From Escherichia phage SD2, in the sequence record PQ821640: a stretch of DNA of 64,000 bases. The stretch is one strand, 5' to 3'. The translations under genes and the position numbers were made by a program. The number at the start of each line of letters is the position of its first letter. Position 1 is the stretch's first letter. Below are positions 26,127-35,123 of the stretch, piece by piece. The notes beneath the pieces were generated by a model that saw nothing but the letters and a program-made list of their open reading frames with translations, was not told where the DNA came from and made no database searches.

Positions 26127-26711
26127 ATGAGTAAAATTATACCAAGCAGTTATGAATTATTGCAGTTTTATGTATATTATATAGACTGGGTTACTAGATC
26201 GAATGTTAAAGACAATGCGATGTTTAGTAAAAGCATCTGTTTAACGGAAAGTATCTTCCGTTATTGGCACACAGGCAGAAAGTGTACACACAGTGAAGCT
26301 ATGCGCATTGTAGGTGAATACCTGGAGCAATTGCAAAAAGCAGAACTTCCTGTCCTTCACCCATTCAACGAATCTAAAGAAGAATTAGAACAAGAGTGTA
26401 GGGAAGGTAAGTGCCATTTGAATAAAAAACGTATTGAATGGGTAAGGCAACGTTTAGCCGATGCAGGAAAGACTCCTAGTGACTCTGACTATACGTGGTA
26501 CGATGTAGAGGGTTTAGTTCAAGGTTTTGAGGCTTGTGCTATAGATAATACCAACTTTGCCAAAATTTTATGCGAGGTTTATGATCTGGCAGATAAAATC
26601 CGAAATCAAGGATGGAAACAAGAGCATAAAGAATCATATGAACGTCTTGACAAGATTTTCAAACAGATCTATTCTAACCACAAAGAGATGTTCCAAATGG
26701 AGGATGTGTAA
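26127..26711 (+). CDS. hypothetical protein (paralog family)
   Basis: 194 aa; GGAGAGG SD. Confidence 0.7.
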   Translation: MSKIIPSSYELLQFYVYYIDWVTRSNVKDNAMFSKSICLTESIFRYWHTGRKCTHSEAMRIVGEYLEQLQKAELPVLHPFNESKEELEQECREGKCHLNKKRIEWVRQRLADAGKTPSDSDYTWYDVEGLVQGFEACAIDNTNFAKILCEVYDLADKIRNQGWKQEHKESYERLDKIFKQIYSNHKEMFQMEDV

Positions 26712-27394
26712 TGAAAGAGATTATGTTTGAAGGTCATCGTTACGAAGTCCCAGACAATGCAAATTTCATGGCTCGTGATATCACTGGAGATGTGTTCTGG
26801 TTTGAAGATGAACCTGTGTTTTCGAACAAACACTGGTTTTCACAACAATCTTCTTCTGAAAATATGACTTTTGGCTACGTAGAACCTAAAGTCTGTTGCA
26901 GAGCAGCTTCTTCTTTGGTAAAAATTTCCCAGGATGATCAAGAAAATACTCCAGATGTTGTTAGTGCACTACTGAAGTACATTGCAGAACTTGAGAAGAA
27001 AATTAAAGAAGCAGAAACTAAGGTGAAAGCACGATCAGCAATCATTGAAGCTATGTCTGAACGTATTTTAGAACTAGAAGATTTGTGTGGAGAGGCTTAT
27101 CAAGTGGTTGGTGCACTGGCTTGTGAAGCACAAATGTTTGAAACTTCAGAGCAAGTTTCACATATGTTAGATAATTTAAGTGAATGTAAAATGATTCATG
27201 ATGATGTATTGCCATTCTGTTGCAATGTTAACAAAACAGAGCAAACAGAAGATTCAGAAACAGTTTATGTTCCGCTAATGTGTGTTCCAGATCATCTAAA
27301 AGGTGTATTCTCTTGTAAATGGTCACTGTTGAGCGTTACTAATTGTGGTGAAAACTATTCTGCTAACATTGAATTGCTAAAACACGTTAAATAA
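26711..27394 (+). CDS. hypothetical protein with coiled-coil segment
   Basis: 227 aa. Confidence 0.7.
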   Translation: MKEIMFEGHRYEVPDNANFMARDITGDVFWFEDEPVFSNKHWFSQQSSSENMTFGYVEPKVCCRAASSLVKISQDDQENTPDVVSALLKYIAELEKKIKEAETKVKARSAIIEAMSERILELEDLCGEAYQVVGALACEAQMFETSEQVSHMLDNLSECKMIHDDVLPFCCNVNKTEQTEDSETVYVPLMCVPDHLKGVFSCKWSLLSVTNCGENYSANIELLKHVK

Positions 27395-27404
27395 GGAGAG
27401 TAAG

Positions 27405-27809
27405 ATGTGGTCTGTTAAAATCAAATATAATGCGCAGTATTATGGTGGAAAACCTTACGAAGTTGTTATTTGTGATTGTATCTCTAAAGACGTTGCACAG
27501 CTTTGTGGCGCTGGTGTTAGTGAAGCTATGAACAAAATGCATAATTCTACTGTGCGTTTCCTGGATCGGGATATTCCAGAAGATGTAAATGACTATGGTT
27601 ACGAAGTTATTTACAGTGAAGGTAAGAAGCTCTCTATTGAAGATGCACTTAAAGCACTACCTGCTATGTGCAACCCGACACCAGAAGCAGTTAAAGAGAT
27701 TTTACCAGAATCCAACCCCGATGAATATGCTTCTATGGTTGCTTCAGATATGTGGAATCTCTGTCGAGAAACTATGATTAAAAATCTTGTGGAGATGGCA
27801 CATGAGTAA
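27405..27809 (+). CDS. hypothetical protein
   Basis: 134 aa; AAGGAGAG SD. Confidence 0.7.
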   Translation: MWSVKIKYNAQYYGGKPYEVVICDCISKDVAQLCGAGVSEAMNKMHNSTVRFLDRDIPEDVNDYGYEVIYSEGKKLSIEDALKALPAMCNPTPEAVKEILPESNPDEYASMVASDMWNLCRETMIKNLVEMAHE

Positions 27810-28020
27810 AACGCACTTTATACATCCGTTTGATCCAAAGAACAAGGCGGTCATACACCGCCGTTGGACTGAAACGCGCATTACAAAATGTCCTGTGCCA
27901 GCAGCACAGGAATATAACAAAACATATAAAGCAGAATTCGTGGAGTACACCTTTGTGAATAACAAAGGGAAGGAGGTTTATGTTCCAGAATACTGCCTTT
28001 GGATAAAATGGGAGGAATAA
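27802..28020 (+). CDS. hypothetical protein
   Basis: Start trimmed to ATG at 27802; overlaps upstream stop. Confidence 0.6.
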   Translation: MSKTHFIHPFDPKNKAVIHRRWTETRITKCPVPAAQEYNKTYKAEFVEYTFVNNKGKEVYVPEYCLWIKWEE

Positions 28021-28187
28021 TGCAAACATTTTTTATCGACAAGTTCAACAAAAATATGAACACGTGGATGGCAACATTCACTATGCAATTTGCGTCATTT
28101 AAAGAGGCTCAAGAATGGTGCGATCAACACAAGGATTTTGATTTTTACTATCAAATTAATCCAAATCTCTCTCCAGAGGAGAAATAA
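28020..28187 (+). CDS. small hypothetical protein (55 aa)
   Basis: ATG at 28020 after GGGAGGA; TAATG overlap with upstream stop. Confidence 0.5.
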   Translation: MQTFFIDKFNKNMNTWMATFTMQFASFKEAQEWCDQHKDFDFYYQINPNLSPEEK

Positions 28188-28188
28188 T

Positions 28189-28533
28189 ATGTTGGCTGAT
28201 ATTGAAATCCTTATGTACCGACAAGGTATGATCAAGATGTGGCTGGATTCTTTTAGCAACATATACTGCACAGTGCGATCAGCAGAGGAGCGTAAAACGC
28301 TTATTTTATCTGCTATTATTGATAAACAACGTTTCTTCAAAGAAGTTTTGCAAACAGGATTCTCCGATGCAGGAGTAGAGATTGCAACTCTTAGTCTTGG
28401 GGTGCTGTCTTACTTGGAGTCCGTTGTTTTATATGTCTTCTCTTTAGAAGAAGACTTGCAATTGGAAGCATTAAAACTTATTCTAAATGCTGCAATTGAC
28501 ATAGAACAAAATCGAATTGATTCTTTTGAATAA
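28189..28533 (+). CDS. hypothetical protein
   Basis: Start trimmed to ATG at 28189 after GGAGAA. Confidence 0.65.
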   Translation: MLADIEILMYRQGMIKMWLDSFSNIYCTVRSAEERKTLILSAIIDKQRFFKEVLQTGFSDAGVEIATLSLGVLSYLESVVLYVFSLEEDLQLEALKLILNAAIDIEQNRIDSFE

Positions 28534-28549
28534 AAATAAGGAGAAAACT

Positions 28550-29008
28550 ATGCAAGAGGTTAAACATTATCCACATGGTCGTAGTTTTGTAGCTGTATGG
28601 CATGTTCCTGCTCGTAATGAACTGTTTTGTGCATCTTTTCATTATAAAGATGGACAATATTTCACCTATGACGAAACGATGGATGATTTTATCCCAGAGT
28701 GCGATCATGGGTATACACCAATGTTCTTTAAACGTATGAAAGCTCGTTTCTTCGTTACAGATGTTGATGGTGAACCTACTTGGCACATCGAAGAAGATTG
28801 GCAATATTCTGTGGATATTAAAGAAGCCCCAGAATGGGCTACACTGCTGGTACACGTCAAAACCCCTACCCTTGACGTTATGGCGTGGGTTAATCATGAT
28901 GATACCCATTTCCAATACATAAATAGTAGCACAGAAATTTCTGGTGAGATTATTGGTCGTTGGAAACCTACGAATCAGGTTGCTATTGTTGGATATAAGA
29001 CAGTATAA
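28550..29008 (+). CDS. hypothetical protein
   Basis: Start trimmed to ATG at 28550 after AAGGAGAA. Confidence 0.7.
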   Translation: MQEVKHYPHGRSFVAVWHVPARNELFCASFHYKDGQYFTYDETMDDFIPECDHGYTPMFFKRMKARFFVTDVDGEPTWHIEEDWQYSVDIKEAPEWATLLVHVKTPTLDVMAWVNHDDTHFQYINSSTEISGEIIGRWKPTNQVAIVGYKTV

Positions 29009-29009
29009 T

Positions 29010-29204
29010 ATGAAAAATAGCGTAGACTGGGATGATTTATCCGATTTTGAAAAATGGTTCTTAGGTAGTGGTTGTTATGCAGATGGGGATCTCGAAAGAG
29101 ATCCTTCTGGAAACTACACTATGCCATTAACCCAAGGTTTTTATGAGTGCTGGTGCGCAGCACAAGACAACGTACTGAATAAGGAGACAACACAATGCAA
29201 TTAA
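29010..29204 (+). CDS. hypothetical protein (64 aa)
   Basis: Start at first ATG after upstream stop. Confidence 0.5.
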   Translation: MKNSVDWDDLSDFEKWFLGSGCYADGDLERDPSGNYTMPLTQGFYECWCAAQDNVLNKETTQCN

Positions 29205-29434
29205 ACATCGGACAACCAATTTTTGATGCAGATACTGGTCAATATGCAGTAATTGTTGCTCGTATGAGCGGTGATGATTTTATTGTTTCAGAACTACTTG
29301 AATCAGATCCGCAACTGCGCGTAGTATGTGACCTATATCTTCGAGACGAAAGTGATCGCATTGCACTGAAAGAAGATGGTATGCTCTACTACACCTGGAC
29401 TAGAGATCCTGGGGTAACGGAGGTAGAGGTATAA
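29195..29434 (+). CDS. hypothetical protein
   Basis: 79 aa. Confidence 0.65.
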   Translation: MQLNIGQPIFDADTGQYAVIVARMSGDDFIVSELLESDPQLRVVCDLYLRDESDRIALKEDGMLYYTWTRDPGVTEVEV

Positions 29435-29733
29435 TGGTAAGGAACAGGGGTTTACATAAAAGAAGACACCTTACTTACTGGCATCGTAAAGTACATGAAC
29501 CTGTATCAAAGAAAGAATGGCAATACCTGCCTTATGGAAAGGAGCGAAGAAAGTATTTGTTAGCTCATTTAAGGGTACATGGTTCGCTTCCTGTTAACAG
29601 TAAGTGGCAATTGCAAACAGCTTATGACGAAGATATGAAATATTTGTTAAAGAGAGGCATTATTTGCCTTGTTAAGATAGGGCGATGGAAATCTCGTCAA
29701 TCCTATATCGTACTTAAACAGGAGAAACCATGA
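29434..29733 (+). CDS. hypothetical basic protein
   Basis: 99 aa. Confidence 0.65.
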   Translation: MVRNRGLHKRRHLTYWHRKVHEPVSKKEWQYLPYGKERRKYLLAHLRVHGSLPVNSKWQLQTAYDEDMKYLLKRGIICLVKIGRWKSRQSYIVLKQEKP

Positions 29734-29981
29734 ATATCAAAGATGTTGTAGCATACGTAGCAGATGAAGTTAAAAACCATACAAGTTTACTGAAAGTAAT
29801 GGTTGTGGTTAAAAATGGCATTGGACAAGTAAACGTACAACATGTCTTATCTGATACTGTATATAATGTGTTTGAATGTAAAGACACACCTCATGGAGTA
29901 CGTGTGGTGTATATTGATAACAATTTCAAAGAGTGTGTGAGACATACCTTAAAAAATGAGCTAAGGATCACAACCTTATGA
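29730..29981 (+). CDS. hypothetical protein
   Basis: 83 aa. Confidence 0.65.
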   Translation: MNIKDVVAYVADEVKNHTSLLKVMVVVKNGIGQVNVQHVLSDTVYNVFECKDTPHGVRVVYIDNNFKECVRHTLKNELRITTL

Positions 29982-30151
29982 GTTATTATGTTGTACCTTA
30001 TGCCAATAAGTGGAGAGTAAGAGAAACTTGTTTTCTATTCTCCTGGTGGGCTACATTCGGAGATGGTTGTGGAAATGATACAGGAAAGCCTGTAGAGTAT
30101 GACACAAAAGAAGAATGTGAACAGTGGATAAAATTAACACAAAGATGTTGA
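29978..30151 (+). CDS. small hypothetical protein (57 aa)
   Basis: MSYYVVPYANKWRVRETCFLFSWWATFGDGCGND... Confidence 0.45.
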   Translation: MSYYVVPYANKWRVRETCFLFSWWATFGDGCGNDTGKPVEYDTKEECEQWIKLTQRC

Positions 30152-30176
30152 CACGATCTTAACTTCTTGTTAGTAT
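30148..30176 (+). promoter_or_regulatory. sigma70-like promoter (TTGACA-17-TAGTAT)
   Basis: Read directly. Confidence 0.5.
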
Positions 30177-30204
30177 CAATGTGTACTAACGATAAGGAGG
30201 GTTT

Positions 30205-30429
30205 ATGAAGTCTGTAAACAAGTTGCAACAATTTTTGTTATCAACAGCAATCTTTTTGCTTTTGTTAATTGGTATTCTGTATGGTGCATCTAACTTATAC
30301 AATCTACACAACAATGTAGAACATAACATAGAGAAGTGCACCATTCTAAAACACAATAAACAAGCAGAAGATTTCTTAAAGAATAAATGTTACAACTACA
30401 TTGATTATGAGGAGACAAATAATGATTAA
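30205..30429 (+). CDS. membrane-anchored small protein (paralog of 25496..25714)
   Basis: AAGGAGGG SD; TM helix then CTILKHNKQAEDFL. Confidence 0.65.
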   Translation: MKSVNKLQQFLLSTAIFLLLLIGILYGASNLYNLHNNVEHNIEKCTILKHNKQAEDFLKNKCYNYIDYEETNND

Positions 30430-30664
30430 AGAATTAGGCATGCGAGTATACAGTGAGTGGACTCCAAGCAATGGCCCAGGAGTTGTTGCAGCTAAGTGTA
30501 TCAATGGTCGTATTGAGTACCTGGAAGGTTATGAAGATAATGAAGAGTTAGTAGATTATGCTAAATCTTTTATTGAAGATGATACAGACTTTATTGTATT
30601 ATATGATACAGGAGAGTTAGAGTATGGATATGATGGAGATGGGGATATCTTTGAACTTCAATAA
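30422..30664 (+). CDS. hypothetical acidic protein
   Basis: Start trimmed to ATG at 30422 after GAGGAGA. Confidence 0.6.
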   Translation: MIKELGMRVYSEWTPSNGPGVVAAKCINGRIEYLEGYEDNEELVDYAKSFIEDDTDFIVLYDTGELEYGYDGDGDIFELQ

Positions 30665-30746
30665 GAGTAGTAAGTAAGATATAAAGAGTGTATAGTTAGT
30701 AACATTACATATACTCTTTCCATGTATAACATGGAATATTCTCTAC

Positions 30747-30805
30747 CTCGCTATCGCTCGGTATATAAGATTAGGGTAGCATGTTTTTTACGAAAAGTAA
30801 AACTG
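30747..30805 (+). repeat. about 60-bp element, second copy of the one at 5398..5458
   Basis: CTCGCTATCGCTCG...TTAGGGTAGCATGTTTTTT...GAAAAGTAAAACTG versus CTCGCTTCGCTCG...TTAGGGTAGCATGTTTTTC...GAAAAAGTCAATACT. Confidence 0.6.
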
Positions 30806-30859
30806 TTTGTACCGATTGATAGCAGGTTTTTAATAGATTTTATCTATGAGGAGTAGAAA

Positions 30860-31078
30860 TTGTACAAATTATATAAAGCAAAAGATAAGTTTACGGGTAA
30901 TACATCTGGTTTCTATGTAACACCTCGTGGTGTTGCTGTGTTCGATTGGATCTCTGGTACTCCAGATCGTGAAATGATCTCTCTTGTAAAACTGTCGGAA
31001 CAAGAGTACACTTACGGTGACATTACAACATTCTATTCTCGTGCAGAAAATCCAAAACTGATCGCGGAGTGGGAATAA
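30860..31078 (+). CDS. hypothetical protein, TTG start
   Basis: GAGGAG 7 nt upstream of TTG. Confidence 0.5.
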   Translation: MYKLYKAKDKFTGNTSGFYVTPRGVAVFDWISGTPDREMISLVKLSEQEYTYGDITTFYSRAENPKLIAEWE

Positions 31079-31341
31079 TGGTTACACGATATGGCTTAGA
31101 GGTGTACAGCCAAGGTGCTGCTGGTCAGTGTGATATTGTACCAGATCCAGAAGGGGATTATGTTCTTCTTGCTGATTACAATAAGCTAGAAGAAAGACTT
31201 CTGGCTGTGTATGCTAAAGAAAACAAAACAATCTGCCCTTATTGCAGTGGAATGGGTTGGGTGGTTGCAGATGTTGGACAAATGTACGAATGTGTGCCTT
31301 GTAAAACCACAGGATTTATTGAAAAGGATACTGACAAATGA
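31078..31341 (+). CDS. hypothetical Cys-containing protein (paralog of 25724..25948)
   Basis: ATG at 31078 overlaps upstream stop (TAATG); CPYCSG...CVPC. Confidence 0.6.
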   Translation: MVTRYGLEVYSQGAAGQCDIVPDPEGDYVLLADYNKLEERLLAVYAKENKTICPYCSGMGWVVADVGQMYECVPCKTTGFIEKDTDK

Positions 31342-31586
31342 CTGTAGCAGATAAAATGAGAGAACTGGCAGAAAACGCAGAACTTAACAAAGCAAAGGAT
31401 AGTCTACAAAATATCTACTCGTATATTGAGAGAGCAGCTAAAGATGGAGACAGAGAAGTTGCTATATATACGCTTTATCCAACTTTTGTAAAAGTTAACT
31501 TGGATGCTGAAGGTTTTTCAACTTTTATTGATACAGAAACATCTCATTACGACGAAAACTTTACTCGAATAGTTATTCGATGGTAA
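31338..31586 (+). CDS. hypothetical protein
   Basis: 82 aa. Confidence 0.65.
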   Translation: MTVADKMRELAENAELNKAKDSLQNIYSYIERAAKDGDREVAIYTLYPTFVKVNLDAEGFSTFIDTETSHYDENFTRIVIRW

Positions 31587-31691
31587 ATTTCTGACATTTA
31601 TACGCCCTGGCTACCTGGGCGTAATAAATTCAGCTTATATTTGATCCGCGCCTTCGGCGCTTAGGCAAAGCCACGCCACACAGGAGGGTTT

Positions 31692-32102
31692 ATGTTCAAA
31701 TGGTTAAAAGGGTTTCTAACATCTTTGGCAGAACCTAAGCAAGATGTTATTAAAAGCTCTATCACAGGAAAACCGCTTGTTATAGTCACAGGCGGCTTTG
31801 GTCATGGGTTTTCTCTTAAACAAACAGATATAGGTTTACAGGGGTGTCTGATTAGCTTTAGAATCACTCAATTAGGAGATAATAGACAAACAATCTTAGA
31901 TCTTTTCAATGGGGAGTTTGATGATTATTTATCTAAGAGGGATAAAGAACGTCTGATCGAGCATATAAAACACCGCTATGAGCGTGGTGGTTACTATTTA
32001 GAGACAAAACGTAATTCACAAGGTGATCTTGACATAGTTAGCATAGCGTGGGATAATGAATTTAAAACTAAACTTGGTAAACTTCTGGAGGAGTTATGGT
32101 AA
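31692..32102 (+). CDS. hypothetical protein
   Basis: 136 aa; AGGAGGG SD. Confidence 0.7.
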   Translation: MFKWLKGFLTSLAEPKQDVIKSSITGKPLVIVTGGFGHGFSLKQTDIGLQGCLISFRITQLGDNRQTILDLFNGEFDDYLSKRDKERLIEHIKHRYERGGYYLETKRNSQGDLDIVSIAWDNEFKTKLGKLLEELW

Positions 32103-32278
32103 ATATTAAAACAGGTGATATTGTACGTCTTGCCAGCGAAGAAATGTTAATGACTGTAATGGTATCTACTTACGATACTTGCGAAGTGGTGTGGTTTGAT
32201 GTTAATGAGCAACTACAGAAAGCTACATTTGATAAACGTATGCTTCGTAAAGTTGAAGAAGTGAAGGAGGAAGAATAA
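32096..32278 (+). CDS. hypothetical protein (60 aa)
   Basis: Overlaps neighbours by a few nt. Confidence 0.55.
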   Translation: MVNIKTGDIVRLASEEMLMTVMVSTYDTCEVVWFDVNEQLQKATFDKRMLRKVEEVKEEE

Positions 32279-32279
32279 T

Positions 32280-32492
32280 ATGGGAATGTTGCTTCGTGTT
32301 TTTGTGTTTCTTATGTTCTGGATTATCGTTGGTAACGGTATTGTATTTTTGATTTTTCCTGAAGTGATGACAGGTAATGAAAATAAGGCAGTGCCTTACA
32401 TTATGCTTATCGGTTACGGTATTGGTACACTTGGACTACTGTTTGCTGATTGGTTAATCAATACTTTGTTCTCTAAGTACAGGAACAACTAA
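32280..32492 (+). CDS. small membrane protein
   Basis: 70 aa, two hydrophobic segments. Confidence 0.6.
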   Translation: MGMLLRVFVFLMFWIIVGNGIVFLIFPEVMTGNENKAVPYIMLIGYGIGTLGLLFADWLINTLFSKYRNN

Positions 32493-32493
32493 T

Positions 32494-32766
32494 ATGTCGG
32501 AAAACTTACCTAATGTTTTCTTTTGTTTTGTAGATGGTGTTACACAAGAAATTATAGTTGACGAAGAAGGTATGTTTACTTATTTTGCATCTGAAGAAGA
32601 GGCAAAACTATCAGCTATGAAATGTATAAGCCAAATGTCAGTACCTGCTGTCAACAGGTTCGGTATTGCCCAGGTGTATAAAACAGTAACAGAGTTTACA
32701 CCAGATCGAAAACTAACTTTTCTTAACGTTCACTTTGTTTGTAAGTTTAGTGAACTACGACATTAA
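32494..32766 (+). CDS. hypothetical protein
   Basis: 90 aa. Confidence 0.65.
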   Translation: MSENLPNVFFCFVDGVTQEIIVDEEGMFTYFASEEEAKLSAMKCISQMSVPAVNRFGIAQVYKTVTEFTPDRKLTFLNVHFVCKFSELRH

Positions 32767-32780
32767 AAGCAGGAGTAAAA

Positions 32781-33380
32781 ATGAAAGAATATTGGAGTGG
32801 TGAGAAGGGCTTGCTAAAGCCAGGGATGCTTTTGCGAGTAAAGAACATGTTGATCACACAAGATTACATAATGCCTAATCCTGGAGCATTAGTAGAATTC
32901 CTTACTGCGCGAGATCAACCTGGGGTTGGTGAAATGTGGATTGTAACGTGGATATCTCTCGATAGTAAATTGCGCGTTGCTCCTATTGACCCAAAACACT
33001 TGGAATCTCCTTACGCCAGCATTGATTCTCGGATCATAGATTTGGCTAGAGTTTATAAAGCTAGGACTGGTGTAGAATTAGATGTAGAAATTTTAAATCA
33101 ATGTATTGACTTCTTACCTGAAAAAGTGCATAATGCACAACAAGAAGATAGCAGTTTAGAAGTTATTCTTCTGAATGATGGGATGTTCTCTGGTTTAGCA
33201 TCTGTAGATTTTCCAATAACATTAAGATTGTTACCTGGAGAATACGTACTGGATGAAGATACTATTGCTATATCCTCTAAAATTTTAGAACTCATTCCAG
33301 GTGCAAGGTGTGTTGGTGATACATCTTCCTTGCTGTTTACTCTGAATGAAGAAGCCGTTATAGTTAAAAAGGAGAAGTAA
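32781..33380 (+). CDS. hypothetical protein
   Basis: 199 aa; AGGAG SD. Confidence 0.7.
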   Translation: MKEYWSGEKGLLKPGMLLRVKNMLITQDYIMPNPGALVEFLTARDQPGVGEMWIVTWISLDSKLRVAPIDPKHLESPYASIDSRIIDLARVYKARTGVELDVEILNQCIDFLPEKVHNAQQEDSSLEVILLNDGMFSGLASVDFPITLRLLPGEYVLDEDTIAISSKILELIPGARCVGDTSSLLFTLNEEAVIVKKEK

Positions 33381-33485
33381 ATGATGACGTTTATTGTTGG
33401 TGTTGTTGTTGGTTATTTTGGTCACAAGTATCAGGATGTTATCATCGCTAAAGTTGACGAAGTAATCGAAAAATTTAAACACTAA
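33381..33485 (+). CDS. tiny membrane peptide (34 aa)
   Basis: MMTFIVGVVVGYFGHKYQDVIIAKVDEVIEKFKH; GGAGAAG SD. Confidence 0.4.
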   Translation: MMTFIVGVVVGYFGHKYQDVIIAKVDEVIEKFKH

Positions 33486-33536
33486 TTTTCTAAAAGGCTG
33501 TACTATTGTGCAGCCTATCTTTCAAAGGAGAGTAAA

Positions 33537-33710
33537 ATGTTCAAAGATACCAATTATAAATGTGTACATTGTGGTAAATCTTTTGGTGATCACCAAGCTA
33601 AGACGTTCAATTGTCCACGAAAAGGGCGAGGTAGCTTTAAAGGTTTTAATCCATCCCACGTTTATTCTCCCAACTACGAGAAACCAGAAGAAGAAAAATT
33701 TGTAATCTGA
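33537..33710 (+). CDS. small zinc-ribbon-like protein (57 aa)
   Basis: MFKDTNYKCVHCGKSFGDHQAKTFNCPRKG...; AAGGAGAG SD; replaces overlapping track ORF 33508..33705. Confidence 0.5.
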   Translation: MFKDTNYKCVHCGKSFGDHQAKTFNCPRKGRGSFKGFNPSHVYSPNYEKPEEEKFVI

Positions 33711-33719
33711 GGAGGCAAT

Positions 33720-34007
33720 ATGGAACTAGTACAAGAAGTTTATGAAAAACTAAAAGAAGAGAGTCTTGATTGGCCTGAACATGCTCTTATTGTCGTCAAA
33801 GATACTAATGGTGAAATAAAATTCTCAAGTGTGAGTGAAGACGATGTTGTTTTAAGTCCTACAGGATATTATATGAGAGGTGTTACGTGTCTGTTCAACA
33901 CCAAAGTGTATCCTGAAGTTAAACTTAGTTACGGTGAACCTGATCATCCAGAAATCGTTACACGTAATGAATATGAAAATTATTATTTTGCTCGTGAAAG
34001 CAAATAA
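33720..34007 (+). CDS. hypothetical protein
   Basis: 95 aa; GAGGAGG SD. Confidence 0.7.
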   Translation: MELVQEVYEKLKEESLDWPEHALIVVKDTNGEIKFSSVSEDDVVLSPTGYYMRGVTCLFNTKVYPEVKLSYGEPDHPEIVTRNEYENYYFARESK

Positions 34008-34015
34008 GGAAAACT

Positions 34016-34339
34016 ATGCAAAAAATAAATACTGGTTCTCGTCCTAAACAGAAGCAAACAAAAGCAAGGGTATCTTATGTTGATAACTCTTGTTATAATT
34101 TCAAAAATGTTAAAGAAGTTATCATTGATGAAAAAGAAGGTTTGATTCACATTTCATCTGAACGTTTGAAAGGTAGTGTTACTCTTCGTGAGAATGTATC
34201 TATACCTATGAAAGTTGTGGTTACACTCTGTGTTGATAAGCCAGATGTTGTTAACTACTATGTGTTCCGTGATAGTTGTATTTCATCACATAATAAGATT
34301 TTTAAATCTTCGCACGTTAAAACAAAACACATTGTATAA
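34016..34339 (+). CDS. hypothetical protein
   Basis: 107 aa; AAGGAAA SD. Confidence 0.7.
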   Translation: MQKINTGSRPKQKQTKARVSYVDNSCYNFKNVKEVIIDEKEGLIHISSERLKGSVTLRENVSIPMKVVVTLCVDKPDVVNYYVFRDSCISSHNKIFKSSHVKTKHIV

Positions 34340-34344
34340 CACAT

Positions 34345-34370
34345 AAACCCGCTTCGGCGGGTTTTCTTGT
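34345..34370 (+). terminator. rho-independent terminator (same module as 10361)
   Basis: CCCGCTTCGGCGGG then TTTTCTT. Confidence 0.75.
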
Positions 34371-34424
34371 ATATACGCTCTTTATCTGTTATAAACACTT
34401 TTACCATAAACAATAGGAGGTATT

Positions 34425-34646
34425 ATGTCTGTAGTTGTAGAAGGTAGTATTGGTTTCTTAGTAGATAACCCTCACCCTTTCGTGGTTAAGGTTCATATTC
34501 AAGAAAAGGTAAGCAACAATACGTGGCTGTGCTTGTTAGATAGTAAGATACACTCTTATACAGAGGTTTATCTTCACACTTGGCAAATTGGTACAATAAC
34601 AGCAGAGGATGAATTGATAATTGAACTATATGAACGAGATCTATAG
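34425..34646 (+). CDS. hypothetical protein
   Basis: 73 aa; AGGAGG SD. Confidence 0.65.
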   Translation: MSVVVEGSIGFLVDNPHPFVVKVHIQEKVSNNTWLCLLDSKIHSYTEVYLHTWQIGTITAEDELIIELYERDL

Positions 34647-34727
34647 ATGACTTTATTAGAGAGTATAGTAGTGTTAATCATCTTTATCATTGTTGTCATA
34701 GGATATTTTACAGAAGACTAAAATAAA

Positions 34728-34759
34728 GCCCCTAGAATCGCTTCTAGGGGCTTTTGTTT
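34728..34759. terminator. bidirectional terminator at the convergence of plus and minus blocks
   Basis: GCCCCTAG-AATCGCT-TCTAGGGGC flanked by A-run upstream and T-run downstream. Confidence 0.7.
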
Positions 34760-34821
34760 GTATTAGGTAGGGAAACGTATTACTAAAATAAAAAGTGCGT
34801 TAGAATGCGTTACAGGAGGTT

Positions 34822-35079
34822 TTAGGAATGCATAAAATCTTCTTCAGGGCAGGTTGAGAGATAAGAGATGCACGTTGGGACAACAACAACATTGTCTTTA
34901 AGGTTTTCAACCAAGCCTTTTGTAATCCCAGCCACTGCCCCGTTAATATCTGCTTGACGGATACCAAAGCCTTGTTGTGCGGATAGATAACAAAATCCCT
35001 CACCTTTCTGTTGATTGTTATTGAAGTAATAAACGTAGTGCATCATAAAATGGTCTTTAACGATTTGTTCTGTGGTCAT
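34822..35079 (-). CDS. hypothetical protein
   Basis: 85 aa; AGGAGA SD. Confidence 0.55.
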   Translation of the reverse strand: MTTEQIVKDHFMMHYVYYFNNNQQKGEGFCYLSAQQGFGIRQADINGAVAGITKGLVENLKDNVVVVPTCISYLSTCPEEDFMHS

Positions 35080-35090
35080 AATATTCTCCT

Positions 35091-35114
35091 ATAAGAAAAG
35101 GGGCTTTCGCCCCC
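35091..35114 (-). terminator. rho-independent terminator
   Basis: GGGGC-TTTC-GCCCC with T-run on the minus strand. Confidence 0.6.
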
Positions 35115-35123
35115 TTGGTTAAG

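Noticed and set aside
33508-33705. Track ORF 33508..33705(+)
   Set aside because: No SD; an overlapping frame from 33537 has an AAGGAGAG SD and encodes a zinc-ribbon-like peptide.
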